DNA of 48,340 nucleotides from contig JBEBGB010000003.1 in assembly GCA_040081675.1 (NCBI GenBank), positions 1 to 48,340 of the forward strand, written 5' to 3'. The position numbers were made by a program, and so were the translations under genes. A model generated the notes under the pieces. The model saw nothing but the letters and a program-made list of their open reading frames with translations. It had not been told where the DNA came from and did no database searches. Shown in pieces: positions 27,441 to 35,234 of the stretch; the stretch's first letter is position 1; each line of letters opens with the position of its first letter. The DNA comes from Vicinamibacterales bacterium (GTDB taxonomy: Bacteria > Acidobacteriota > Vicinamibacteria > Vicinamibacterales > CAVVIG01).

Positions 27441-29203
27441 CGGACGATCTCCAGCATGGGACGCGGACGAGCCTCCGCCCGCACCGTCCCGCCGGCGATG
27501 CGGTACACGACGTCAGCCCGCGACACCAGCGTCGACTCGTGCGTGATGGCGAGACAGGTCCTGCCCGCCCGCAGGCGTTCGAGCGCATCGAGGATGACCC
27601 GCGCCGACTCGGCATCGACGTTCGCGAGCGGTTCATCCAGCAGCAGAATCGGGCGGTCGAGCAGGAACGCGCGCGCCAGCGACAGCCGTTGACGCTGACC
27701 GCCGGACAGGTTGACGCCGTCCTCGCCGAGCGTCGTGTCGAGCCCAACCGGCAACGACGCCACGAACTCGTCGAGCGCCACGAAGCTGAGTGCGGTTCTG
27801 ATGCGGCGCTCGTCCACCGAGCCCGCGTCGGTCGTCAGCGCCTGCCGCAGTGTCCCCGAGAACAGATGCAGGTCCTGGGTCATCACGGCGAACTGCGATC
27901 GCAACGAGCGAATCGTGTACGCGTCAAGCGGCCGTCCGTCGAGGCGCACAGTACCCGTGGTCGGATCGAACAGCCGGAGGCAGAGGCTGATGAGCGTGCT
28001 CTTCCCAGCGCCGCTCATCCCCACGAGGACAGTAAGCGCGCCAGGCTCGATTCGCATGTTCACGCCGCGCAGTACGGGCGGCCGCTCCGCGCCGTCGGCC
28101 GGGTAGCTGAACCACGCGTCCTGCAGTTCGATGAGCCCCGCAGCCCGATCCAGATTCATCGCACCCGGAGCGTCCTCGACGAGAGGACGCTCGCCGAGAA
28201 AACGCATCAGTCGTTCCCCTGACACGAGCCCCTTCGACGCGGCCTCGGTGATCTCGTTCACCTTGTCGATCGGGCGGACCAGTTGCGCGACGTAGGCAGT
28301 CACCACCGTCAACTCGCCCACGGTCATCCAGCCGCGAATCACAAGCAGCGCCCCGCCGATCGTGGCGGCGGCCGTGACGATGGCGCGGGCTACACCGAAG
28401 CCGCGCTCGAGACCGGCAGCGGCCCGCGACGCCTGCACGCCCGCGCGCAACCCTTCAGCGCTCACTGTGGCGAAACGCTGCCGCGCGCCCTCTGTTGCGC
28501 CGAGCGCCTGGATGACGGGCAACCCGCGAACGATCTCCTGCGCGACGGCCGCCACCTCGCCCTCACGACGACGCTTCGTTCGGGACGCTGCGGCCACGCG
28601 ACGGCCGTGGAACCGCACCAGTGTCCACAGCAGCGGGATGAACACGAGGCACGAGAGCCCCATCCAGGGCGAGAGCCAGGCGATTCCCGCCGCGGTGAAG
28701 AGCAGAGTCCCGCTGAACTTCACGAGCAGCGGGACGGTCTTGGTCCAGAACCGCGTGAACTGATCGACGTCCCCGACGATGCGCATCACGAGCTCGCCGC
28801 TGCGATGGGTGGTGCGGATTGTGGGCGGCAGTGTCTGAAGATGCGCGAGCATGCGGTCGCGGATCGCGAAGGCGAGCCGCTCGCGGATGCGGGCAGCGAT
28901 AACGGCGTCGGCGGCCTCGGCGACGGCGCTTCCGAGGGCGATCACGAGGAACACGCCGCCCAGGACGAGTACGCCTTCCTGCAATCCCAGCGCTCTCATC
29001 CACGAGGGCCAGCTGCCCGCTGTCGGTCCGGCTATAAGTCGGTCGATGATCCACTTCAGTGGCCACGGAGCCAGCGCGTTGCCGGCGACCGCGGTCAAGG
29101 TGATCAGGTTCGCCTTGATGAATGCCCCGCGCAGGGCGAAGACATCGGGCCCGAACGTGCGAGCCAGCTGGCGGAGACGGCCGGGCGCGGGCGCGGAGGT
29201 CAT
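27437..29203 (-). CDS. ABC exporter, fused TMD-NBD (MsbA-like half transporter)
   Basis: Multiple TM helices, PWPLK, GMSGAGKST, LSGGQRQR, LLLDEP, ITH. Confidence 0.93.
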   Translation of the reverse strand: MTSAPAPGRLRQLARTFGPDVFALRGAFIKANLITLTAVAGNALAPWPLKWIIDRLIAGPTAGSWPSWMRALGLQEGVLVLGGVFLVIALGSAVAEAADAVIAARIRERLAFAIRDRMLAHLQTLPPTIRTTHRSGELVMRIVGDVDQFTRFWTKTVPLLVKFSGTLLFTAAGIAWLSPWMGLSCLVFIPLLWTLVRFHGRRVAAASRTKRRREGEVAAVAQEIVRGLPVIQALGATEGARQRFATVSAEGLRAGVQASRAAAGLERGFGVARAIVTAAATIGGALLVIRGWMTVGELTVVTAYVAQLVRPIDKVNEITEAASKGLVSGERLMRFLGERPLVEDAPGAMNLDRAAGLIELQDAWFSYPADGAERPPVLRGVNMRIEPGALTVLVGMSGAGKSTLISLCLRLFDPTTGTVRLDGRPLDAYTIRSLRSQFAVMTQDLHLFSGTLRQALTTDAGSVDERRIRTALSFVALDEFVASLPVGLDTTLGEDGVNLSGGQRQRLSLARAFLLDRPILLLDEPLANVDAESARVILDALERLRAGRTCLAITHESTLVSRADVVYRIAGGTVRAEARPRPMLEIVR

Positions 29204-30585
29204 CGAGCGGTCTCCAGGAAGAGCGCGGCCAGCCGATCGGCGAGCCGATCGCCGTCGAACTGTTCGCGCGCGGTGCGTCGGGCAGCATCAGCCATGTGCG
29301 CCATCAGCGTGCGTTCGTGGTAGGCGCGGGCGAGCGCGTGTGCGAGCGCCGGCGCGTTCTCGGCCGCCACAAGGAGACCGTTCGACTCGTGGCGCACGAC
29401 TTCCGGGATCCCTGACACGTCGGTGGTCACGACGGGCGTCCCGCACGCCATGGCTTCCATCAGCACGTTCGGAATGCCGTCGCGATCGCCGTCCGCGAGC
29501 ACTCGGCAGGGGAGGCAGAACACGTGCGCCCGGTGGTACTCGTCGAACAGGCGCGCCTGGTTCTGCGGGCCGACAATCGTGACGTGACCGCCGAGGTCGC
29601 GCGCGGCGATGAGGTCGCGGATGTCGTTCGCGTGGTCGCCGTCGTTGCCGATGATCACCACCTCGAAGGGAATGGCCTGGGCACGCAGCATGGCCGCCGC
29701 TTCAATGAGGATGTCGAACCCTTTCTTGCGGACCAGGCGGCCGACGCTCAGGATCCGGAACCGCTCGTGCGGCTTGTCCGAAGGAACCCGGCTGGCGAGC
29801 AGCTGGCTGAACTCGGCGTTCAATCCGTGATACAGGCAGTGCACCGTGGCCGTCGGCGCCACGTCGCGCAACATGCGCTGGTTCGTCCCCGTGCAGGTGA
29901 CGGCGAAGCGAGCCGCTTCGAGCTTGCGGCGCAGCACACCCTCCGCGTTCGACGAGTCGGCGTAGATGTCCTTGGCATGGCCCGTAAACGAGAACGACAG
30001 GCCTGTGATGGTCGATGCGAACCAGGCCACCGTCGTGGCGCCGTGCGCGTAGTGCGCGTGCAGATGACGGACGGTCGGTGTGGTTCGGAGTCGGTCGACG
30101 AGTTCCACGGCGTGCAGCAGCTCGCGGATGAAGGAGAGCCTGGCTCGACCCGTGGAACGCCACGGTCGATAGAGCTCCAGCGTCATGATCGTCAGCGCGC
30201 GGGCCAGGCCAATCGGATGGCGCAGGGCCACGCGAACGAGCGCACCGGAGAAGAGCGGCAGGTGCGAGCGCAGCCACGACCCCAGCGGTGTCGACGAGAT
30301 CGATGCGGTGGGCGCAAGGAACTCCGGCGTGGCTCGAATGAGATCCACGACCTTGTGGCGAGGCAAGAGGTCGCTCACCTCGGCTGGCTTGGTGGAGAAC
30401 AGCCGCAGCGGGATGCCGAGCGTTTCGAGCCGGTAGATCTCGCTGAGGATGAACGGCTCCGACGCCCGCGGGTACGCCTTGAGCACATAGGCCAGCCAAG
30501 GCCCTTCCGACGTCGGTCTCGGGCGAGCCGAGTGAGTCGACGTTCCCGCCTTTCCCGGCCCTGCTGGCTTTCCCGCGTCAGTCAT
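29200..30585 (-). CDS. GT4 glycosyltransferase (WcaL-like)
   Basis: YPRASEPFI, HLHAHYAH, FTGHAKDIY, VGRLVRKKG, GDRDGIPNVLMEAMA; ATG 30585. Confidence 0.92.
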   Translation of the reverse strand: MTDAGKPAGPGKAGTSTHSARPRPTSEGPWLAYVLKAYPRASEPFILSEIYRLETLGIPLRLFSTKPAEVSDLLPRHKVVDLIRATPEFLAPTASISSTPLGSWLRSHLPLFSGALVRVALRHPIGLARALTIMTLELYRPWRSTGRARLSFIRELLHAVELVDRLRTTPTVRHLHAHYAHGATTVAWFASTITGLSFSFTGHAKDIYADSSNAEGVLRRKLEAARFAVTCTGTNQRMLRDVAPTATVHCLYHGLNAEFSQLLASRVPSDKPHERFRILSVGRLVRKKGFDILIEAAAMLRAQAIPFEVVIIGNDGDHANDIRDLIAARDLGGHVTIVGPQNQARLFDEYHRAHVFCLPCRVLADGDRDGIPNVLMEAMACGTPVVTTDVSGIPEVVRHESNGLLVAAENAPALAHALARAYHERTLMAHMADAARRTAREQFDGDRLADRLAALFLETAR

Positions 30586-31675
30586 ACGCCGCCGCCAGTG
30601 TCTCGGTGAACCGGCGCGCGCAGACCGTGACGTCGTAGCGACGCTCGACGAGCTGGCGACCGCCTCGCGCGATCGCTCGCGCAAGGTCCGCACGCCCAGC
30701 AACGGTTTCGATGGCAGATGCCAGTGCTCGCGCATCGCCCGCGCGTACGAGCAGGCCTGTTTCGCCGTCGACGATCGCCGACTCGATGGCCCCGGCGCGG
30801 GTAGCCACCACCGGTCGTTCCGACGCCAGCGCTTCGAGGAGGACGTTGGGCAGCCCGTCTCTGTCGCCGGCTTCGTCGACAACCGATGGAACCGCCACGA
30901 GATGTGCGGCGGCGTAGAGCGCCGGCAGGTCGGCGTGGCTGGCACTGCCATGCCACGTGACGCGAGGGCCGATACCGAGCGAGTCCGCCATCGAGCGAAG
31001 CGAGGCGCCGTCGGGGCCGTCGCCCACGATGCACAGCGTCCACGGCACGCGGACCCTGGCAATCGCGTCGAGCAGGACGTTGAATCCCTTCTTGGGAACC
31101 AGTCGACCGACGGCGAGCACGCGCAGCTCACCGTCCGCAGGCAGAGGCGACGGTGCAAAACGCGTCAGGTTGACGCCGTGAGGAATCAGCGCTGGGGTGA
31201 CACCGAGTCTGGCGATCTCCACCTGCGCGTCCGCGTTGCAGACCACCACACACCGCGCGCCAGCCGCTCGACGACCGAGCTCTGGCCGCGGCACCGTTCG
31301 GGCATCCTTGGCATGCGCCGAGAAGCCGTAGGGCACGCCCAATCGTTCAGCGGCGCACGCGGCAACCGCCGCCGGGTGATGCGCGAAGTAGCCGTGAACC
31401 GCGCGCGGTCGGCGGGAGCCCAACTCTTCGACAATCTCACTCGCCTGGTCTTCAATTCTGCCGCTCTTCAGCACGCGAACGCGCGGCGACAGCCGGGCGG
31501 CATCTGGATGTGGCGCAAGGCCGTCGCCGGGCTTGGTGGCGAACGCTGCCATGAGCAGCCCTGCCTGCTCCAAGGCCGCCAGCTCGGGCAGCGCAAACGT
31601 TTCCGAGCGCCGGGGAAATCCGCTGAGGACCACGACAACTCCTGACTCGCGTGGGCTCCGCTGGTCAGTGGACAT
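30578..31675 (-). CDS. GT4 glycosyltransferase (WcaL-like)
   Basis: FPRRSETF, VHGYFAH, SAHAKD, VGRLVPKKG, GDRDGLPNVLLEALA. Confidence 0.92.
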   Translation of the reverse strand: MSTDQRSPRESGVVVVLSGFPRRSETFALPELAALEQAGLLMAAFATKPGDGLAPHPDAARLSPRVRVLKSGRIEDQASEIVEELGSRRPRAVHGYFAHHPAAVAACAAERLGVPYGFSAHAKDARTVPRPELGRRAAGARCVVVCNADAQVEIARLGVTPALIPHGVNLTRFAPSPLPADGELRVLAVGRLVPKKGFNVLLDAIARVRVPWTLCIVGDGPDGASLRSMADSLGIGPRVTWHGSASHADLPALYAAAHLVAVPSVVDEAGDRDGLPNVLLEALASERPVVATRAGAIESAIVDGETGLLVRAGDARALASAIETVAGRADLARAIARGGRQLVERRYDVTVCARRFTETLAAAYD

Positions 31676-32885
31676 GGACGCCGGCTCCCGTTGCGCGCGT
31701 CTTCGCCGCGATCGGACGCATCGTTGGTTGTTGATCCGGGCTCAGCAGGTTCGACACGAGCCGAGGCACCTGTTCGAGCGCGGTGAAGCGCAGCGTCGCG
31801 GGCCGCAGCGACGTCTTGACGGTCGCCATCCAGCGTGTGAGCGCCTGAGAAGAAAGGTCGCGCTGCGCGAGAACGTCGACGAGTCCGATTTCAGCGAAGC
31901 GGGTTGCTCGAATGGTCTGTTCACGCCGGGGAGCTTCGCGCGGCACGAGCAGCGCAGGTTTCCGATAGGCGAGGATCTCGCAGACACTGTTGTAGCCCGC
32001 CATACCGACCACGCGTGTCGCGCGCTCGACGAGCGAGGCGCCGTCGTCGGTGAAGTCGATCAGATGGAAGTCGTCTCGTGTCGCGGCAACGGCGCGCACG
32101 TGCTTCAATGCCGGCTCCGGGCAGAACGGCCCGGTCAGCAGCACGCCCGTCTCCCCGCCTGGAAAGGACGACTCCGAGAACGCGAGGGCCAGTTCCGTAC
32201 CGTCCTGACCTCCGCCCGCCAGGCACAGGGTGAAGGGACGCGCGAGCGCAGCACCCGTCGAAGCAGCGGCCTCGCTGTCGTGGGGCGACCGCCGATCGAG
32301 GTAGCCCACGAATCGCACGCGATGCCGGGTCGACTCGGGGAAGTGGCACTCTTCCGACAGGTCGTAGACCGACGGGTCGCCGTAGATCCAGACCTGGTCG
32401 TAGTACCGCTCGATGCTCGCGTGGTGGCCGGCGGCGGCCCACTCGCGCGCCACGACCGACGGCTCGTCGAGGATGTCGCGGAGGCCGAGCACGGTCTTGA
32501 TCCGTCGTCCCATGCGCAGAGCGGCCAGTGTGGGCTCCAGTTCGCCGAGTGCGCCGAGGGGGACGTTGTCGACAATCAGCAGGTGGGGGTCGAATCGCTC
32601 GAGCGCCGCGCGGATGGTCTGGGAGCGAAGGCCGACGATGTGATCCAACGGGCACGACAGGTGGCGGGCGCTGTACGCGCCAGTCATCTGGTGCTTGCCG
32701 AGTGCGGGCAGCGTGATGCAGTCGATGCCCGCAGGCATGTGGAATGCACCGCCCAAGTGCGTCCCCGAGATGAGCAGAATCGACACGTCGACGTGACGGT
32801 CGACGATCGCACGGGCCAGCGCGAGATTGCGCCGTACGTGGCCCAACCCCATCGTGTCATGCGAGTAGAAGGCGATTCTGTGCAC
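31665..32885 (-). CDS. GT-B glycosyltransferase, COG4671-like; first gene of glycan operon
   Basis: YSHDTMGLGHVRR, LGLRDILD, AGGGQDG, MAGYNSVCE, EQ.IRA; GTG 32885 preceded by AGGAGG (32890-32895). Confidence 0.9.
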   Translation of the reverse strand: MHRIAFYSHDTMGLGHVRRNLALARAIVDRHVDVSILLISGTHLGGAFHMPAGIDCITLPALGKHQMTGAYSARHLSCPLDHIVGLRSQTIRAALERFDPHLLIVDNVPLGALGELEPTLAALRMGRRIKTVLGLRDILDEPSVVAREWAAAGHHASIERYYDQVWIYGDPSVYDLSEECHFPESTRHRVRFVGYLDRRSPHDSEAAASTGAALARPFTLCLAGGGQDGTELALAFSESSFPGGETGVLLTGPFCPEPALKHVRAVAATRDDFHLIDFTDDGASLVERATRVVGMAGYNSVCEILAYRKPALLVPREAPRREQTIRATRFAEIGLVDVLAQRDLSSQALTRWMATVKTSLRPATLRFTALEQVPRLVSNLLSPDQQPTMRPIAAKTRATGAGVHVH

Positions 32886-32951
32886 GCGTCCTCCTGAAAC
32901 TGGCTGGTGTTGCGACCGCGCAACACCGGTGCGACGTCGGTGTATCGCGTC

Positions 32952-33004
32952 GCTGGTTCTAAAGGGCTCGCCGCGAGCGAGGAAATATAGGGAACCGCCG
33001 ATTT
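32952..33004 (-). promoter_or_regulatory. Candidate ECF-sigma promoter, copy 1 (glycan operon)
   Basis: AAAT-N9-CCTATATTTCC-N13-GCCCTTTAGAACCAGC; same blocks and spacing as 35236-35288. Confidence 0.75.
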
Positions 33005-33060
33005 CCGAAACGGGTCTACGCGCGATGCGGTTCGCACCCTGCTGGCGCACGCGACCACAA

Positions 33061-33114
33061 CAGAGTGCATGCTGGTACGACGCGCGTTGTCAGAGGCAGG
33101 TCAAGGGGATGTCA
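33061..33114 (-). promoter_or_regulatory. Three 11-bp-period TGACA direct repeats plus CACTCTG element
   Basis: Plus-strand TGTCA 33088, GGTCA 33099, TGTCA 33110; CAGAGTG at 33061-33067, 20 nt away; same layout as 38834-38898. Confidence 0.65.
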
Positions 33115-33120
33115 AAACAT

Positions 33121-33230
33121 GGGGCAGGGGGCAGGACGGCCGTACAGGTCCTACCCTTCAGAACGGCAGTTCGGCACGGAGAACTCTTTTCTTCCCGCCC
33201 AGCCCGCCGTTCCGGGCCGTCCCGCCCTGC
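33121..33230. repeat. Imperfect inverted repeat of G-rich units downstream of the S8 gene
   Basis: GGGCAGGACGGCC (about 33129-33141) versus GGCCGTCCCGCCC (33215-33227); related to the other intergenic 9-mer repeats. Confidence 0.5.
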
Positions 33231-33234
33231 TGTG

Positions 33235-34611
33235 CTATCGCCGCCTGGAACTGCTGTTGAGCGCTTTGGGAAGATCAACGCGCCCAGCGCCAAGACCGCT
33301 GACCGGCACGGCGTCCTGCGACAGGTCTGTGATGGCGTGGCTCAGCGACAGTTTCCTGAACACCTGTACTTGGAGCGCCACGGCACCCGACAAGAGCGCC
33401 GTGCTGAACGATGTGCCCGACACTGCAGCGTAGAAGCCACCTGGAAAACTGGTAACAACCGCCTCGCCTGGCGTGCCGAGACGGACGGGCGACACACCGT
33501 AGTTCGAGAACACGCTCAGAGTGTCGAGCGTGGTGGTCGAGCCGGCGCCGATTGCATGCGAATCGCCCGCCGGGAAGCGCACGAGGGTCTGCCCGTCGTT
33601 GCCGGCAGCGGCCACCGGAATCGCGTTGAACTTCTGCGCGTAGTTCAACGCTCGAGCGAGCTCGTTCGATTTCTCCGGCATGCTGAAACTCATGTTGATG
33701 ACGCGCGCCCCGTGGTCCACGGCGTAGTAGACCGCCTGCACGATGTCCGATAGCTGTGAGGTGCCGTCCGCACGGAAGGCCTTCAGCGGCATGATGCGGG
33801 CGGTTGGCGCGACGTAGTGCACGAGCCCGGCCACCATGGTCCCGTGTCCAAAGGCCGGCGGCAATGACTCCAGAATGGCGCCGACCGACTGATTCAGCAG
33901 CGCCGAGGTGGAGGTGTTGACCTGCTGGATTCGCAGCTGTTCCAGCACCGCGCCGACCGACTGCTCGAGGACGGCACCGACGGACTGATCGAGGTCGGCG
34001 ATGTCCGACACGGTGCCGGGCAGATTGCGCGTGAAGTCGTATCCGGGAACGACCAGACCCTGCAGCAACGGATGGTTGGCGTCGACGCCCGTGTCGATAA
34101 TCGCCACGACCGAGTTACCGGTTGCCATGGCTTGTGCGGCTGGCAGACGCAGGATTCGTCCGGCAGCCTGAGCGGCGTAGCTCCGTGGGACGGTCCTCCC
34201 GAAGTAGCTCACGGGTGTGTTGGTGCTGAATGCCTCCAGCACAGCGCCGACCGACTGGTTCAGGAGAGGACTCGGCGTACGCTCTGCGACATCGACGCGT
34301 TTGTCGCGCTCGAAGTTCTCGACATCCAGGTCGGCTTCCACTTCCAGCTCGATCTCGACATTGGTCTTGCTCGCTGGTACTGCCACCAGCACGATCGGCG
34401 CCTCAGCGTCGTTGCGGAGTACCTCGACGACGATGAGGCTGTGTCTGGTCAGCACGGTCTCGAGGAGACCGTCTGCGGCTCGCAGCATGTACCGCCGGGC
34501 CTCCTGGGCCTGACCCGACGCCGCGCTGAGAAGTCCCAGCAGGCACGCCACAGTCAGCCGAATGACGCGAAGACCGGCGATGTGTCTGGTGTGTCGCATG
34601 TACATGCTCAC
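33235..34611 (-). CDS. Secreted S8 (subtilisin-like) serine protease with four QSVGA(V/I)LE repeats
   Basis: Signal peptide ending GQA, I9-like prodomain, triad IIDTG / GHGT / SGTSFS, oxyanion AAAGN. Confidence 0.92.
   Translation of the reverse strand: MSMYMRHTRHIAGLRVIRLTVACLLGLLSAASGQAQEARRYMLRAADGLLETVLTRHSLIVVEVLRNDAEAPIVLVAVPASKTNVEIELEVEADLDVENFERDKRVDVAERTPSPLLNQSVGAVLEAFSTNTPVSYFGRTVPRSYAAQAAGRILRLPAAQAMATGNSVVAIIDTGVDANHPLLQGLVVPGYDFTRNLPGTVSDIADLDQSVGAVLEQSVGAVLEQLRIQQVNTSTSALLNQSVGAILESLPPAFGHGTMVAGLVHYVAPTARIMPLKAFRADGTSQLSDIVQAVYYAVDHGARVINMSFSMPEKSNELARALNYAQKFNAIPVAAAGNDGQTLVRFPAGDSHAIGAGSTTTLDTLSVFSNYGVSPVRLGTPGEAVVTSFPGGFYAAVSGTSFSTALLSGAVALQVQVFRKLSLSHAITDLSQDAVPVSGLGAGRVDLPKALNSSSRRR
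33868..34257 (-). repeat. Intragenic peptide repeat QSVGA(V/I)LE x4
   Basis: Copies at 34234-34257, 33964-33987, 33940-33963, 33868-33891; differences mostly synonymous. Confidence 0.95.
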
Positions 34612-35234
34612 TCGGGGCGAGGTTCGCTCAAAGGAAGCCTGATGCTCCGGCGGTGGTCCTCGACCGGGATGTGGAGCTCGAGCCCCTCGTTGGGTTCGTA
34701 CTCCATCTGGAACTCACCGAACTCGTTGCTCAGGCCTCTGGCAACGACGCGACGTCCGCGTGTGACGAGGATCGGCACGTGAGCCGGCGGCGGATCGGGG
34801 ACACGACGGTTCGACACCTGACCGACGAGTGACACGCGAGGCGCGCCCGACAGCTGCTCGAACTTCAGGTGGATCGTGAAGTCGCCAGCCTCGTACAGCG
34901 TCTGACGGTTCATCTCCTCGACAGGACCGCGGACACCCTCCGCGGCCGGCATGCCGACGCTGCCGAACACCAGGCGAGCGGCCAGCGCAGGAAGTGACAG
35001 CGTTCGCTCGGGCCGATGCAGTGAAAAGGCCGCCAGGGCAAACCGGACCAGGTGAACGGGTGGTTCGACGGCGGTATCCTGCCTGGCCGCAGCCGCAACC
35101 GCATCCAGGCGCCGAATCAGTGCGTCGCAGGAGAGGCAGCCGTCCGCCAGATGCGTGCGCATGCCAGCTTCGAGCTCCGGCGCAGCCACTCCGCGGACGA
35201 AGTCGACCCAATGAACGATGTCGAAATGGCTCAT
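34608..35234 (-). CDS. Putative soluble Zn-finger anti-sigma factor with C-terminal beta-rich domain
   Basis: N-terminal HLADGCLSC (ZAS-like Hx4CxxC), no TM helix, linker LVFGS...EGVRG, C-terminal SNEFGEFQM; ATG 35234 overlaps CHAT stop. Confidence 0.7.
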   Translation of the reverse strand: MSHFDIVHWVDFVRGVAAPELEAGMRTHLADGCLSCDALIRRLDAVAAAARQDTAVEPPVHLVRFALAAFSLHRPERTLSLPALAARLVFGSVGMPAAEGVRGPVEEMNRQTLYEAGDFTIHLKFEQLSGAPRVSLVGQVSNRRVPDPPPAHVPILVTRGRRVVARGLSNEFGEFQMEYEPNEGLELHIPVEDHRRSIRLPLSEPRPE

